DNA of 64,000 nt from Lama guanicoe (GCA_013239625.1 MU053472.1:806001-870000); one strand, 5' to 3'; counted from the first letter of the stretch, positions 25,160-39,169 are shown. Notes: a model not told the origin generated them from the letters alone. Numbers and translations are program-made.

Positions 25160-25335
25160 CAGGCTAGAGGTTCTCAACCCTGGCTGCACATTAGAATCAG
25201 CTTTTTAAAAATACCAGTGCCCAGGCTCTTCTCCAAGACACTCTGATTTAACTGGTCTGCAGTGAGCGCTGGGCATTTTTTAAATGCTCCGCAAGTGACT
25301 CTAATGTGCCACTGGGGCTGAGCACCACTGAGCTG
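25160..25335. mobile_element. MER5B-like hAT DNA transposon fossil
   Basis: gaggttctcaaccctggctgcacattagaatc...gtgactctaatgtgccactggggctgagcaccactg (inverted ends). Confidence 0.8.
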
Positions 25336-25339
25336 ACCC

Positions 25340-25482
25340 TCCAAGATGTGACCTGTGGTGCAGAAGCATCGACATCACCTGGGAGCTGGTAAGAAACACA
25401 GACTCTCACTCCAGACCCACTGAATCAGAACCTGCACCTCCAGGTGATTTGTACACATACCAAAGTTGGAGAAGCCCTGCTC
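25340..25482. mobile_element. MER5A-like hAT DNA transposon fossil
   Basis: gcatcgacatcacctgggagctggtaagaaac...ccactgaatcagaa...caaagttggagaagccctgc. Confidence 0.8.
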
Positions 25483-25989
25483 TGGAGTGTTCTTTCATTT
25501 CGAGAGCCAGCAGAGTTCCACAGGGTTTAGTGTCCCCTTTTCTGGAAAAGGACATCAGAGAGCAGACGTCTCTGACCAGCTTCTCCGAGGGGGATTCCTG
25601 GGGCGCGCAGCCCCGCGTGCCCATCTCTGGATCCTCGCCTTTGCCACCCCCGCACCTACCTCCGTCTCAGTCTGGTCCTGAAGATATGCTAATCAGTGTG
25701 GGAGTCCACCCTGCCCTGGCATTATCATATATGAGTCGAGCCTCATCTCAGGATAATTTTCTCATCTGCATAATCGTATTTGACTTCCTTATGGATGTAA
25801 AAACCCCCTTACCTTCGCTAAGTTAATCTTCATTGATTGAATATCAAATTCATTTGAATGTGGGAGAAGAGGCTTTTCTCTCTCAGCAGCAGAATGCTGG
25901 CTTCCTAAAGCCCTGCTCAGCTGGGGGCGGAGGGCGTTAGCTTTGTCCCCGTCCTTGCCCAGCTGCTTGAGGGACCCTGCCCCTCCAAC

Positions 25990-26240
25990 CCACTCTTTCT
26001 CTGGCGGCATCTTTCCAGCTTCTGCTACTTCTCTCTCTCTTCTGCCCTTTCTCTGTTTTGTCTCCATCTTTCTGTCTCCGTTGTGTCCGTGAGTGTCTTG
26101 GTCTTTTAGTTCTGGTCTTTTTCGTTTTGTTTTGCTGTTCTACCTCAATTTTCTTTCCTTCTTGGTATCTCTCTTTGTCTTCCCTCCCCTCTTCTCCCCT
26201 CCCCAATTTCTCTCTCCAAGTCTCAGACTCTCCCTTTACC
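25990..26240. repeat. Polypyrimidine (CT-rich) low-complexity tract
   Basis: Strong C/T bias on the + strand. Confidence 0.7.
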
Positions 26241-27889
26241 TGAAACCCCAAGTGTCTCTGCTATGTCCCCATCCACGACTTGGTGGGAAAAAAAAAATCC
26301 AGCATGTATCTCTTACACAAGTGGCTGAGCTTCTCAGAGAGACAGACGGCTCTCCAGGGGTGGAGGTGGGGGACAAAGAGGGAAGACAGGATGCTCTGGG
26401 ACCTGTGATGCCCTGGCTGGGAGGCCCGTTCTCAGGCTAAAAATGTTGATCCAACCCAGTAAGGAATGTTTCAGATGTTCACAACCACCCTGTGAGTTGG
26501 GTAGTATCTTCCTGTTTTACAGCTGAGGACCTGACCTGAGCATCACGTCCAAGTCCTATGGGTAGTGGTGGGACCAGGGTTTGAACCCAGGCCTGCCTAA
26601 CCCTGCCGGTGGCCCGTGATTATCCAGGAAGAAACTGAGGCCAGATCCTCTGCTCCCAGTAAACCTGGAAACAGGTGAATGAATCAGTTTAAGGAGTCTA
26701 AACTCGCCACTCCTCCTCAAGGTTATACTATCATTTTGAGTGCTTAGCAAACCGTCTGGTACCCAGAAAGTACCCCATCCGTGCTAGGCAGTGATCGCCA
26801 CTGCCGTTGCTATTCAAAAACAGGCCAGGGTTCAATTCTTGCTCAGATGCACGAAATCTGTATGACCCCAGACACGTGGCCTCCCGGAGCCTCAGTTGAC
26901 TCATCTAAAATGTAATAACAGAACTGCCTTGCAGGACTGTCATGAGGATTAGGGCTCTGCTTACAAAACACCTAGCTTAGTGCCAAGTCCATAGTAGGAG
27001 CTCAGGAAGTGTCAGGAGCTGCTTTCACATCGTTACTGCCATTAACGTTGCTGTCATCACCGACGCTGTCATCGTCATCATCATCATGTCCTAGTGCCCA
27101 GTACCCGGTAGGTGCATGGCAAATACCAAATCAGTGAATGAATGACTTCCTGTAGAAGCTCCTCGTATACCTTCATGACAGTTCCTGGCTCCCCACCTTC
27201 ATTTCTCCCCTATATTTTGGCAGAGTCTGCTTTGTGTCGGGCCAGGGTCACGGTTAAGTGCTGGGCTCCGGAGTGAGTCAGGTACAGCTGTGTATCCCAG
27301 CTCTGCCACCAGCTAGGTAGGAGCCTCTCTGAGTCTCAGTTCCTCCGTCTGTAGAATGGGACTATCGGCAGGACATCCTTATCAGGTAGTGGGAGGTATA
27401 GCTGAGACTGGAGGAGGGGGAAGGGGAAGGTAGGAGCAGAGGTTTACTTACAGAAGCAGAGAGAGAAGGTGGGACCAGGTTGTGAAGGCCTTGAATGCCA
27501 GGCTAAGTGTTCTAACTGGGTCTTTCTTCCTCTTTCCCAGACTGCTGGAAAGGGGCCCTGGTCTGAGGGCTCCGCCTGCAGCCCTTTGAGACAAAGGCAT
27601 CCTGCAGGGGCAGAAACACATCTTCGCTGGACTCCTCTGTCTTTGGCTCCAGCTGGAGCCCAGTGGTGGGGAAGGAAGGATATTTGCAATGCAGATCTGG
27701 GGCAGATGGGAGGACTTCGTCGGAGGAGGTGGGGGAGGTGGGACACAAGTGGATTCAGCTGCCTCACTTCTCACACACATCCCCACCCCAGACCAGCCCT
27801 TCCTGGCTGCTGCCCCTCAGAACACGACCCAGGCTCTGACCCATACCCAACACTGCTCTGACAGCTTTACATAAGTTAACTGATAATCA

Positions 27890-27995
27890 CAGGAGGAAGA
27901 CACCATTATTACCCCATTTTACAGATAAGGGAAGTGAGGTCTGGAGAAGCAAAGCAACTTGCCCAGGGTCACACAGTATGCAGTTAGTGGCCGGA
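27890..27995 (-). mobile_element. MIR SINE
   Basis: attattaccccattttacagataagggaagtgagg...acttgcccagggtcacacag. Confidence 0.85.
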
Positions 27996-29893
27996 CCGAC
28001 ATTTACAAGGGGCCGCCTGATTGCAGAGCCCACACTCTTGTTCATGCGCCTCACCCTTAAAACTTCCTCCCCATGGCAACCCCTCCACCCTCTGCCCCAA
28101 AGCCCTGAGAGGATGCTGTATGAAGCATGTTTAAAATGCTTTCCTGAGTTTCTACTGGGAACCAGAACCGGGGGCATCTTCCACCTTCTTCACAGCCCAT
28201 GCAGCTCTCTGAGGTCACAAGGCCCCTTTCTTACTCTCCCGGCCCCATCGGATCTCTAGCTCATCAGAGGGCTCTGGTGATGCAGGGCAGGCGCAGGGCC
28301 TCACAGGCAGGTGACCCCTGCCATACTGCTGATCAGTCTGGGGTAAAGCAGCTCAAATCGCTGGGGCTACTGGCTCCCTCTCCTTTTCCAGAAACAGAGA
28401 GGAAGTACCAGGTGCGCATCATCTTCACACATCCTCATCACCCCGTCTCCGGCCGCCCTCTGGTCCTGGGAGGCAGGCACTATTGGCTCCATCTTACAGA
28501 AAAGAAGATGACGATTCCAAGAAGGCCCTCCGTTGGTCTCTGCCCCTCGACGGAGAAAACGGTCCAGCCTCCATCCCTTTCCCTCCCTGTCCTCTCCTGT
28601 CCCCTGAGGGAGACCTGGATGGTCATACCCCTCTAGGGGCTTCCGTTCTGATGAAGTCATTCATTCGTCCAGGTGGGAGGCCACACGGTGCGTCTTACAG
28701 GAAAGAGCTGGGGAGGGTGCTGAACAGAGCCTCCCTGCTGAAGCCGGGCTTTGGCCTTCACTAGCGGTATGACTATGTATAAACCCCTTTATCTCCGCCA
28801 CCACTACTGCCCCATCTGTGAAATGGGTGGCAGAGTCCCTCCTTACAGGAGTGTTTGCGAGTCCAATCAGCTAGCACCTGTGTAAGCCCCAGACAGTCGG
28901 TACCACTCCCCTCCCCACCCCCGTGCAAGTCTTTGGTTCACTAGTGGATGGAGCCTGTCCTCCTCCCTGTGGCCTCTGACCCCTCCCCCTCCTCCCCTCC
29001 ATTCCTTCTCCGCAGGGGCTGTGAGTCCCTTCCCCCGACCAGGCCCAGGGGGCCCAGTGAAATTAGACTGAATCAAAGCAGAAAATGAGTTTTCATTCAT
29101 CTTGGAATGATGCGAGAGGTTACGGGCAAGACAAATAGCAGCCTCCCCCTCTTCCTTTATCACTGTCACCGCAATTAATAGGCTGTGGCCTTCGTTATCC
29201 AGGCCTCTGCTAAGGAGAGCGCAGCCCCCCGGGCGACACTAACGAGGGAGAGGAAGCAGACCCGTCTCCAACCAAGTTCTGTCAGGAGGCCATATGCTCA
29301 CCTGGCCCCTCAGCCTCACAGCCGGGGTGCGGACGAGCCGAAGGGTGACCAGCAGCACGTGGGGCAGCCGGAGAGGACCAAACCTCAGCCTTGGCCAGAG
29401 GGGGACAACAGCCCCCTGACATCCCTGGGAGCCCCCACCCCATGGTCTCTGATGATCACTGCAGCGGCCGCGCCTCTTGAGTGTTTCCAAAGCATCACTG
29501 TGACAAGGTACCATGTTATTTGCACCTTATACGGTAACCTATGAGTGGGGCATCTGTTCTCTGATTTTCCTGATGAGAAACTAGGATTCAGAGAAGCCCA
29601 GCTGCATGTCTGAGGTCACCAAGATTTGGGAGAGGAGCAGCCAGGATCTGACCCCAAAGCTTGGGTTCCCTCAATATTCCATTCTACTGACCAACAGCAT
29701 GGAGGGAGCAAGAACTGGGAGAGGGGCTCCTGAAAGTCTCTGAGTCCAAAGTTTTAGTAAAAAAAGAGCAATGGAGATCAACTGAGTCAACAGTAGCTCC
29801 CACCCTGGCCCAGTCCTGGGGACCTCAGACCCTGGAGGGCACTGCAGCCCTTGGCCTGACCAAGTCTTTGTTATGCGTCAAAATGAAAGCACT

Positions 29894-30311
29894 GTTATTT
29901 GTAGCAACGTGGACGGACCTAGAGATGATCATATTACGTGAAATAAATCAGACAGAAAGACAAATATCATATGATATCACTTAGATTCGGAATCTAAAAA
30001 AAGTGATATAAATGAAGTTATTTACAAAACAGAAACGGACTCACACACAGAGAAAACAAATTTATGGTTACCAAACAGGTTTGGTAGAAGAGTTTAGGAG
30101 TTTGGGATTAGCAGATACAACCTACTATATATAAAATATATAAACAGTAAAGTCCTACTGTATAGCGCTGGGAATGATATTCAATATCCTGTAATAACCC
30201 ATAATGGAAAAGAATCTGAAAAAAATATATATTTATACGTATAACTGAATCACTATGCTGTACACCCGAAACTAACACAACATTGTAAATCAACTGTACG
30301 TCAATTTAAAA
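29894..30311 (+). mobile_element. 5'-truncated artiodactyl-type L1 (ORF2 end + 3' UTR + poly(A)) with TSD
   Basis: atttgtagcaacgtggacggacctagagatg...ataactgaatcactatgctgtacacccgaaactaacacaacattgtaaatcaact then poly(A); TSD AAAATGAAAGCACT (29880-29893) / AAAATGAAGGCACT (30312-30325). Confidence 0.9.
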
Positions 30312-30409
30312 AAAATGAAGGCACTTTTTTCAAGTGTGAGTAGATACTATTAAGATAATTTAAAAAAGGAGTTCCTTTAAAGGGTTCCAGAAAGCCTGGT
30401 AAACACATG

Positions 30410-30885
30410 ACACCTCCCCCCAAATTGGCAGTTTAAGATAATAGTAAACATGCATTAGCTTTCACGGGTTCCATGGGTCAGGAATTCAGGAGTGGCTTGG
30501 CTGGCGTTTCTGGCTTGGGGTCTCTCATGAAATCACAATCACGTGTTGGCCTGGGCTGCAGCCACCTGAAGGCTTTACTGGGGCTGGAAGATCTGCTACC
30601 AAGATGGCGCACTCATACGGGGTTGCAGCTGGCTGTGGGTGGGAGGCCTCAGTTCCTCCTCGTGTGTCGCTCTCCACAGGATGGCTCACAACACGGCAGC
30701 CAGCTTCCTCTGAGCTAGTGATCCAGCAGAGCAAGGCAGAAGCCACAGTGCCCTTTATGACCCAGCCTCAGAAGCCACACTCTATTGGTCACTAAGACAC
30801 CCTGATTCACTTTGGGAAGGGAAGTACAGTGTGAAAACCAGCAGGCAGGCATCACTGGCGGTCATCTTGGAGGCTGGCTACCATA
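30410..30885 (-). mobile_element. MLT1 (MaLR) LTR, MLT1F/G-like
   Basis: gggtcaggaattcaggagtggcttggctgg...ctggggctggaagatctgctaccaagatggc...ggtcatcttggaggctggctacca. Confidence 0.8.
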
Positions 30886-31744
30886 GACAATGAAATCGAA
30901 ACAATAATTTGTGGAGGTTAAAAAGAGATCCTTGAGTTGTTCAAAAACAGGTAAAACTTATTGTGTTAAAAATCAGGAGAATCTTTGCCTTTGGCGGAGA
31001 TGGGAACTGGGAAGGACCCCAAGGGGGCTGTTGGGAGCTGATAATGTTTATTTCTTGATCAGGTTGCTAGTCACACGAACATGTTTACTTGGTAAAATAT
31101 CGTTGAAGAGGATGTATTGACTTTTCTGTAAGTTACATGATGCTTCAGTAAAATATTTTGAAGGGGATTCTCATGTTCGAAAAGGTTTGGAGTGATTCGT
31201 GTGTTCAAATCTCATTCCGTAGAAGAGGAAACACTAGGACTCCGAGAGGGCAGTGGACACTCTCGAGGCTCCTTGGTGTGTCAGGGGTGGGGTCTTGGGC
31301 TGGCATTCGAGTCTCCTGGGTCCTGGAAGACCGTTTGCAGGCACTGGGGGTGCAGAAGCAGCAGCCATCAGAGGGCTGGGGACTCCGTTTCCTTGTTTCC
31401 CATTGCCAGCCCCCTCAGCCATCCTCCAGAACTGAGGGAGACTGTGCCTGAGCTGTGCTGGGGTCCCTGACATGTGTTCAACTCACACAGCCCCTCCCAG
31501 CTTGCCTGCCCTGGGGCTGACCGGGGTGCACGCTGCCCGCACCCCGCCAGCCTGGGGTTCAGAGAGAGGGTGAGTCTCAGGTCCTGAGGTGGGGAGGGGG
31601 CAAGTGTTGGGGGGTGGGGCTCTTTCCCTGTACACACCTCCGTTAGAACACGCCTCTCACTCAGGACACAAAGTCCTTTGGCTGGACTTTAAGGCCTTTC
31701 AGGGCTGGGAACCAACCTTATTCAGCTCTGTGTCTCTTGTATCC

Positions 31745-32150
31745 ACCTGTTCATCCACCCATCCATCCATCTAGCAGATGCTTCCTGAGCACCTGTTACA
31801 GGCACCGGAGATACGACAGCTAACAGAATCCCTGTCCTCAGGGAATGAACAGTCTAGTAAGGAAGACACAACGGGTAAGATACAATCGTGCATGGGGGAG
31901 GGGGGCGGGCATCCAAGTGTGAGTGTGTGTGCAACTGTGTCAGGGATGACTTTACTGAGAAGACGATATTTGAGCAAAGGCTTGAGGGAGGTGAGTGAGT
32001 GAGCCCAAGGTTATCTGCAGGAAGAGTATTCCAGGCTGAGGGAATAGCACATGCAAAGGCTCAGAGGCAAGGGCATGCCTGGCATGCCAAGGACTAGCAA
32101 GGAGGCCAGCGAGGCCTGAGCAGGTTGAGCAGGAAGACAGATCATGTAAT
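31745..32150 (-). mobile_element. L2 LINE fragment
   Basis: catccatccatctagcagatgcttcctgagcacctg...ggaagagtattccaggctgagggaatagcacatgcaaaggctcagagg. Confidence 0.8.
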
Positions 32151-35100
32151 GTAATGGAGATGAGGCTCAGGCCCCCATCAGACCTGGCCTTGATCCTCGG
32201 TCCTGCTGTCCCCTAACTGGGTGAGCCAAGGGCTCTTGTCTTGGCTGTGCAGTCAGACACCACCTGTTTCCCAGGGCCTTTAGAAGCTTAAACTCAACCC
32301 CATCTTTAGTGACACATCCATGAAGTCTGAACAAGACAGATGGTCCCGTTCCACCCACCTCCTCTGGAATATAAGCTCCATGAAGGCCAGAGATTTTGTC
32401 TGTTTCATTCACCACTAAATCCTCAGACCCAGAATAGTGCCCTCAACAAGGGCCCTTGCAGACCTTACAACTAAACAAACAGTGACAACACACTGTGATG
32501 ATATATATCTTGAAGAGGAAGTGCAGTCAGCTGAGGGAGGGAAGCCTAAGATGCACCCGGAGACGGCAGGGAGGGCTTCCTGGAGGAAGTTACAGCTGAG
32601 ACCTGCTGCGAGGAGGAGTTAACCAATGGGTGTTCCAGCAGAGGGAAGAGCATGCACGAAAGCTCAGAGGCTGGAGGGAGCAAATGAGTTTGAAGACTAG
32701 AACAGAGCACCAGGGCGGATAAAGGGACAGTGTGGTATGGGGTTGGGGGCAGGGGGGACCAGAGAGGGGATGGCTAGGAATTAGGTAACCAGACTACTAC
32801 GTCCAAGAGCAATGGGAGTCCCTGGTAGCCATGATGGGCGTAACACTGTACTTGGCACATAAAAGTGACATGGAAGAGGAGAGGGAGGGGAGAAGAAGAA
32901 AGGAAGGAAATAAAATCAGAGCCAACTGCAGCCTAGCCTCATGCCAGTTTTCAACAGCAGCTGTGATCGGAGCTCCTCCATAACCCTGCGGCTCAGCGGG
33001 ACTCCTGGCGTATCCAGCCCTGTGACCCCTTTGCCAGGCCAACAGACCCTAACGTGCCCCGGGACGGAGGCTGTCCTGCTCCCTCCCTCTCTCTGCGCTC
33101 CTGGCCGGGGAGGGCGGGGTGGGGCAGACAGGCCCCAGGGTCCCAGTGTGGACACAATGTTCTGGTTCAGTGGAAGGACCTTAAACCCCGAGACAAGGAC
33201 ACAGCAGTAAAGGATGATGCGGCCGAACCCCCCGGTTCTGCGGTGAGCAGACCCCAGGTGTGTGATCGGGAGCAGTTAAATTTCATCATTACCCTTTCTC
33301 CGATGGTGTTTTTTATAGTCTTTTTTACTACTGGCACTAAAGGTTCTGGACTCCTCCTGGCGGAGTGGAGGACATCACTCGTAGGGCTGACTGCTCTTCG
33401 TGATATAAAAAAATGACAAGTCCCTGCTTAATCTTTCTGATAACTGTGTTCCGCGCCCCCATCCATCTCCACCAAGGGGTTTGGGTGAAGCTGGAAGACA
33501 AGAGCATCCCAACATTTAAGAATGAAAAATTAAGTGCCCTTTTCCAGCACAGCGTGGAGCTCCCTGGCTTGGTGCTGTTCTGGGGGCGAGGTGGGGGGCA
33601 GGTTAGCTGAGGGGGTGGCGAGTGGGAGGTGAGTGAGAACAGCCAAGGTCCTGGGGCAGGAGAGGCGGACAGTGGGTCCCACACAGTCGTCGGAGTGTCA
33701 GCGTGAGCCTGTGTCCTTGGACGTGTGGGTGAGTCTTGTGCCCATCTGGGTGGCCCCTTGTGCTGAGTCTCCATCCAAGAGGGTCTGTGGCTACGTTCCC
33801 GTGGGAATGTCTGCGTGACTCACGTGGGAGAGCGGAAGCAGCCCTGCGCTGCAGATCGATCCGATTCCCAGCTCTGCCTTAATGACCTTTGGCAAGTCCT
33901 CCCCTCTCCCTGGGCCTCAGTTTCCTCATCTGTAAAACTGGTGAGTTGGGACCACCTGAAGCCAAAGTCTCCACACTGGGCACTTACTCACTGGATGATC
34001 CTGGGCACATCTCATTGCTTCTCTCTGCCTCCCTTTCCCCATCTGTCCTGTGAAGGCCCTAGAGCTGGGGGCCGGTTAGACTCTAGGAGGCCCAGGTTCC
34101 AGTCCAGCACTCCAGCCCTGGCCCAGGTCTTTCTGCTTGTGCCTAGGAGAGCAGCCCCCTGTTTCCACGTCCCCAGAAAGGGCCAGGTGTGGGGCAGGCT
34201 CTGGGAACAGGGCACAGGGGGCAAGGCCAGGCCTTGGACCTGGCCCGCAGTTCCAGATTTGTTTAGCAGCGGTGTCCGTGATCTGCCTCAGTTGCCTTAC
34301 CTGCGAAATGGACACAAAGGAGACAATGGACATCTCTCACTGGACCCAATGAGCTCTACCTCATACACAGTAAGAGCTGCTGGCTGCTGTACGTGCCCCT
34401 CTCACAAGGACGCCCCACCCACACGGACCCCTCAACAGAACTTGCCTGTCGGCCACAGCCTAGCCCACCTCCTTCTGTGGAAGGACGACAAAGGAGACAA
34501 ATGGCCTTCTTGCAAAGATGCGACAGAGGGAGGAGAGGGGAGGCTGGGCTGGGGGACTTTGGCTGCCAGAGGACTGGTTTGTCACAGAAGGGGCCAAACG
34601 TTTGTCGTTAATAAGAGTGAGAGGAAAAAAAAAATCCCCATGAGAAGCTCCCTCCTGGGCCCCGGCAGATGCAGCCCCGCACAATCCTGTTATCACCAGC
34701 AGTGCGGTTTGGAGAACAAGATGACAGGCTGATAGGACCCGGTTATCTGGGGCGGCAGCGTTTATCTGGGAAGTTTCCGCAGGCCAGGGTCCCCATTGGT
34801 GTGTATGTTATCTGGGCCCCGAGCTGCTGGGGACTAGGGGCCCCCTCCCCCACTGGGCAGGATGGCAAGGGAGGGGGCTTTGAGGACCTCTTGTATGACT
34901 GGGAAGATGTGTGGCTAAGAATGGCTGGGGCCCTGGGGCATCTGGGGCCGGAGTGAACGTTTCCCCGAGTCTTGGTGCCACCCCCATGGCAGTGGGTGTC
35001 ACTGCTGGAGCTCTTGCCAGGCATAGACGGTGATCTCATTTACCCTGGATGCAGGAGCATCCGTCCCCTTTTATAGACACTGAGGCCTGGACAGGTCATG

Positions 35101-35789
35101 TCACTTGCCTAAAGGTGCCTGGCCAAAAAAATGGCAGAACTCTGGTCAGCCTGATTCTAAAAGCACTGCCCTCCAGAACAAACCCTATGACTGCGGGCAG
35201 AGAGGACCTCCGCCCCTCATAAAGGAGTGACACAACATTCCCAGAGGTGGTTTGGGTCCATTACTCCTGTGGATCCCACGCCAGCCTAGGGGATAGAAAG
35301 CTTGAGCTCTATCTTTGTTCCCATTTTACAGGTGAGGAAACAGAAGCCCAGAAAGATACAGCCTTGTAGCCAAAGTTGCCCACATTAGGACATGGCTGGG
35401 ACTTTGAACCCAGTCCTCGGCTCCAAGTTGGCCAGCAGCCCTGCCCCTCTCCATCCCCAAGGCCCTAACAAGGAGGACTTTCCCTCCTCTCTGACCCGCT
35501 GGGGCGATTACCATCTGCACCACTCATGTGGCCCTTAATCATTTACTGCCCTTGCAGACAGTAAAGTTCTGACCTAGACCAGACCTTGCGTTGCTGCCGT
35601 TCGTGCACGTGGCCCACCTCCCCTGCTGACTGGAAGGGCCTGGAGGACAAGAACCAGGTGGCGGTATATTTCTGTGTTTTGCCTGCACTGCTGACCTGCT
35701 GAGGATGTTTTGAAAGCAAATGCTTAAACTTGGACCTGATGCTTAGAACACGGGGCAAGGAGGAACCACGGCGGGTAGGGACAGCAGGA

Positions 35790-36600
35790 GGGGCTGGCAC
35801 CTCAAACCCTCTAGGACCAAAGTTGAACCAGGTTCTGCTCCGCTCCCATCAGCCAACCCTGCTCATGCCCTGCTGTCCCATATTTGGTGACTGGGACCAC
35901 AGCCATAACCAGAACAGGCAGATGTCTGACTCTCCCTCTTGGCACCTCCTACGCCTTCACCCCACCAACCAGTCCTGCTAGGTCCCATCAATTCTGCATC
36001 TTACACATTTCTTTTAGAACGGGCTGCCAGGGCTGCTATCTTGGTCTCCTGCAATAGCCTCCCACCTGGCCTCCCACCTGGCCTCCCTGCCTCCAGTCTG
36101 CTCTCCAGTTGCCATCAGAACACTCTTCAAATGCAAACTGAAGCTCATCCCTCCTCTGCTTAAATCCTCCAGGGCCTCCAAGGCTTTCGAAATGAAGTTC
36201 AAATGTCTTAACTGCCTGAGATCTGGCTTTGGCGCACCATTCCTGGCCACACTGAACTCTGGGTTCCTCGGAATGCATCCCCTCACCCTACCTTGGGCCT
36301 TTGCACATACCCATCTCTGTCAGGAATACTCCTCCCTCCATGGCAAGTGCTTCCTTATCCTCCAGGTCTCAGTTTGATGTCATTTCCTCCAGGAAGCCTC
36401 CCCTGATTCCTACCAGTTAGGGACCGATTTGTCCACGTAAGCTTTTGCACACACCTATGATAGCCCTTACAGCATGGGCTGGGAATTGCCTGCCAGCTTG
36501 CCTGCTTTCTGTCTCTTCCATTAGACTCAGCTCCAGGAAGCCAAGGTCTGTGCTTTGTTTATGGAGTCTGGTTCTCCGTAAATACTCGTGAAGAAACAAG
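35790..36600 (+). mobile_element. L2 LINE 3' fragment
   Basis: ctgcttaaatcctccagggcctcc...ttgggcctttgcacatac...tcctccaggaagcctcccctga. Confidence 0.75.
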
Positions 36601-36719
36601 TGCTCCACAGCATCCCCTCTCTTCCAGATTCCTTTACCTCTCAAAGGGACTTGAGCAGAGAGCTATAGGGCATAGGGAACAGAGGTCATGGAAACCACCT
36701 CGGGCTTTTTTTTAACTTT

Positions 36720-37250
36720 GTTATTCGCCTTTTAATGTGTGTGATATTTTTGACATAAAAACTTTAACTTTCATTTAAAAAAGGAAGTACCAAAGAATAT
36801 GTAAACAACACACAAACACTGTTTGAATGATAATAACAATAAAACAATAACCTCGTACTCACATCCCAGTTTAAGAAGCGTCTATTTCCAAACCTTTCAA
36901 AGCTTGTGGAGTTCCCATCATATCACATTTCCCCTTCTCTCCAGAGGTAACCAATTTTTAAATTTTTGTTTGTATTTTCTTTATAGTTTTATCACAGACG
37001 GACAATTCCTAAACAACATAGATTAAATTTTGTACACTTTTGAACTAGAATCATGCTTTATGAATTCTTTTGTGACATCCTTTTCTTTTTTTTAAACTAA
37101 ACATTATCTATTGAGAATCACCCGTGTCGATGCATCCTCCTTAATGCACATATGGTACTCTACCACGTGCCATTTCACAACTTAGGTATTCATTCTTCTG
37201 TTGCCAGTTTTTTGCTATTACAACCTGGGTTGTTCTTAATGATTTCCTTC
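36720..37250 (-). mobile_element. Ancient L1ME 3' fragment
   Basis: AT-rich; ccttctctccagaggtaaccaatttttaaatttttg, aatcatgctttatgaattcttttgtgac. Confidence 0.6.
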
Positions 37251-39169
37251 CCCATTCATTCTTGGGACCTGTCTCCAGAGATGGTGAGTGGGGGACGAAT
37301 TCCGATCACGGCTGCCTCTACAGAACCCCTAAAGTTAACCACAAGTCAGGGTGTGGTTGCCTGAGTCCCAGTAGCCTCCTGGAGGAGACCTGGGGCACTG
37401 GGGCTGGCTGAGCACTCCCCAGGCTCCCCTTCCTCCTCTCATCCCCTCCACCATCCAACCTCACAAGCCAAGCTGCCAGCCGAATTGCCCTCCCTGGTGG
37501 CTGCCCAAATCCAGGCCCCCCTCCTCCTCTCCAACCGTGGGACCGTGCATCCTGGTATGTGTATCCAGCTGTTGCTTGCCACAGCTGGCTGCGTTGGGCT
37601 CTGCAGAGCCGGGGAGGGCAGGCTCTGCCCTCCCGCTCCTCCCACTCCATTTAATGCCCGAGACTGGATGCGGGTGAGGAGAACCTGGGAATATTCCTGA
37701 CTAGGGACAAGAAATATTTGTTCAGTCCTAGGCTCAGACCTGATGGTGTCCCCTCCCCTCTTTCTTCTTGCATTCCTGAGCCCTGGCTGCCTTCACTCAG
37801 GACTGCGAGGAGTGGTACCATATTCCTACCTGGGGCCTCCATCTTCTCTTCTGTACAATGGGGTGCAGGCTGCTTCGGGAAGGCCCTCATCTCATGGGGA
37901 AGGGCCTCGAAAGGCCAGAGAACAGGAGTGGAGCCCTGTTTGGAGAGTGTGCCTGATGGGGTAGGGGAGCAGTCAGAGGCAGGGAGGCTGCAGGGAGGAG
38001 GTTGTAGGAAGAGTCTAGAAGGGAAGGAAGCACAGGATATCTGGTCCAGGGCTGCCGTGTGGAAGATCCGCCCCCCAGGGCTGGGCTAGGGCGGGGCTTT
38101 CTATGGTACTACAAAGGGCAGCATCCTTGATGAGCCACAAGGGCCCAGGGCCTCAGAGTCGGGGCTGGGGATGCTGTCCTGCAGCCCGTCCACACTGGCA
38201 GGCCGCCCCCCGACAGCCACTCATCTATCTGGCCAACAAGCACTTACTGCCTGCCCGCCATGTACCGGGGAAGGGGCCAGCCTCTGCCCCGGCCATCAGA
38301 GTCCAGTATGATAACAACAGAAACCGCCACCTGGAAGGAGAAATTGAATGGCCCAGATGTGCGGGCTGCCTGTGTGCCATGTCCTGTTTCCTGCACTTTG
38401 CAGGTATTCACTCATCTTTAACCCTCATGACGCTCCTCTCAGGTAGGTACTCTTGTCATCACTCCCATTTTACAGGTAAGGAAAACGAGGGGAAGTTACT
38501 TGCCCAAGATGCACAGCTGAATTTCCAGGGAAACAGCTGGCATTCAAACTTGGCCATCTGGCCCAAGAACCCTCTTCCAACCCCTGTGCCATCCTGCCTC
38601 TTCCCCGAGAAGTTTGGGGAAAGACCCCTCAGGACTGCTGTCTCTTCAAATACCTTCTCCACATCCTGCAGGCAGGGAAGCAGAGCTCGGAGCAGTTAGG
38701 CGACTTGCCCACCAGAATGCAATCTCAGGTTCATCTGAATTTAAGGCCACGTGTAAATGCTATGCTGCCCTCTATAACCTGGGGCACACCCTAGCTTTCA
38801 TGACCTGAGGGTCAGGGCAAAAAATTTCCTCAGCAGGGGCAAGTTTTCTTTGGACCAAATTTCCTGAGCCAACTGAACCAGGGTTACTAGAAACACATAG
38901 AACATGATATGTGCATGGGTCCATGTGCACATATAAGCGTGTGTGGGTACCGCGTTGTACTGGCGTCAGCCAGTCAGCAATCACCAGCCTCGTTTAAGCA
39001 GTGAACAGGACTGCATGTAGGGCACTGGGCCACAGTGGCTGAAAATGCTGTCAGACTGTCACTTACCTGGTCGTAAGATCTCAGGCGAGTGTCTTCACCT
39101 CTCTGGCCCTCAGTTTCATCATCTGAAAAATGGAGAAAATAGCCCTTACTTGACAGGGCACAAAGTAAG

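Noticed and set aside
33815..34732. Longest ORF (305 aa)
   Set aside because: No recognisable domain; PWASVSSSVK is the standard translation of a MIR core; consistent with a chance ORF in GC-rich DNA
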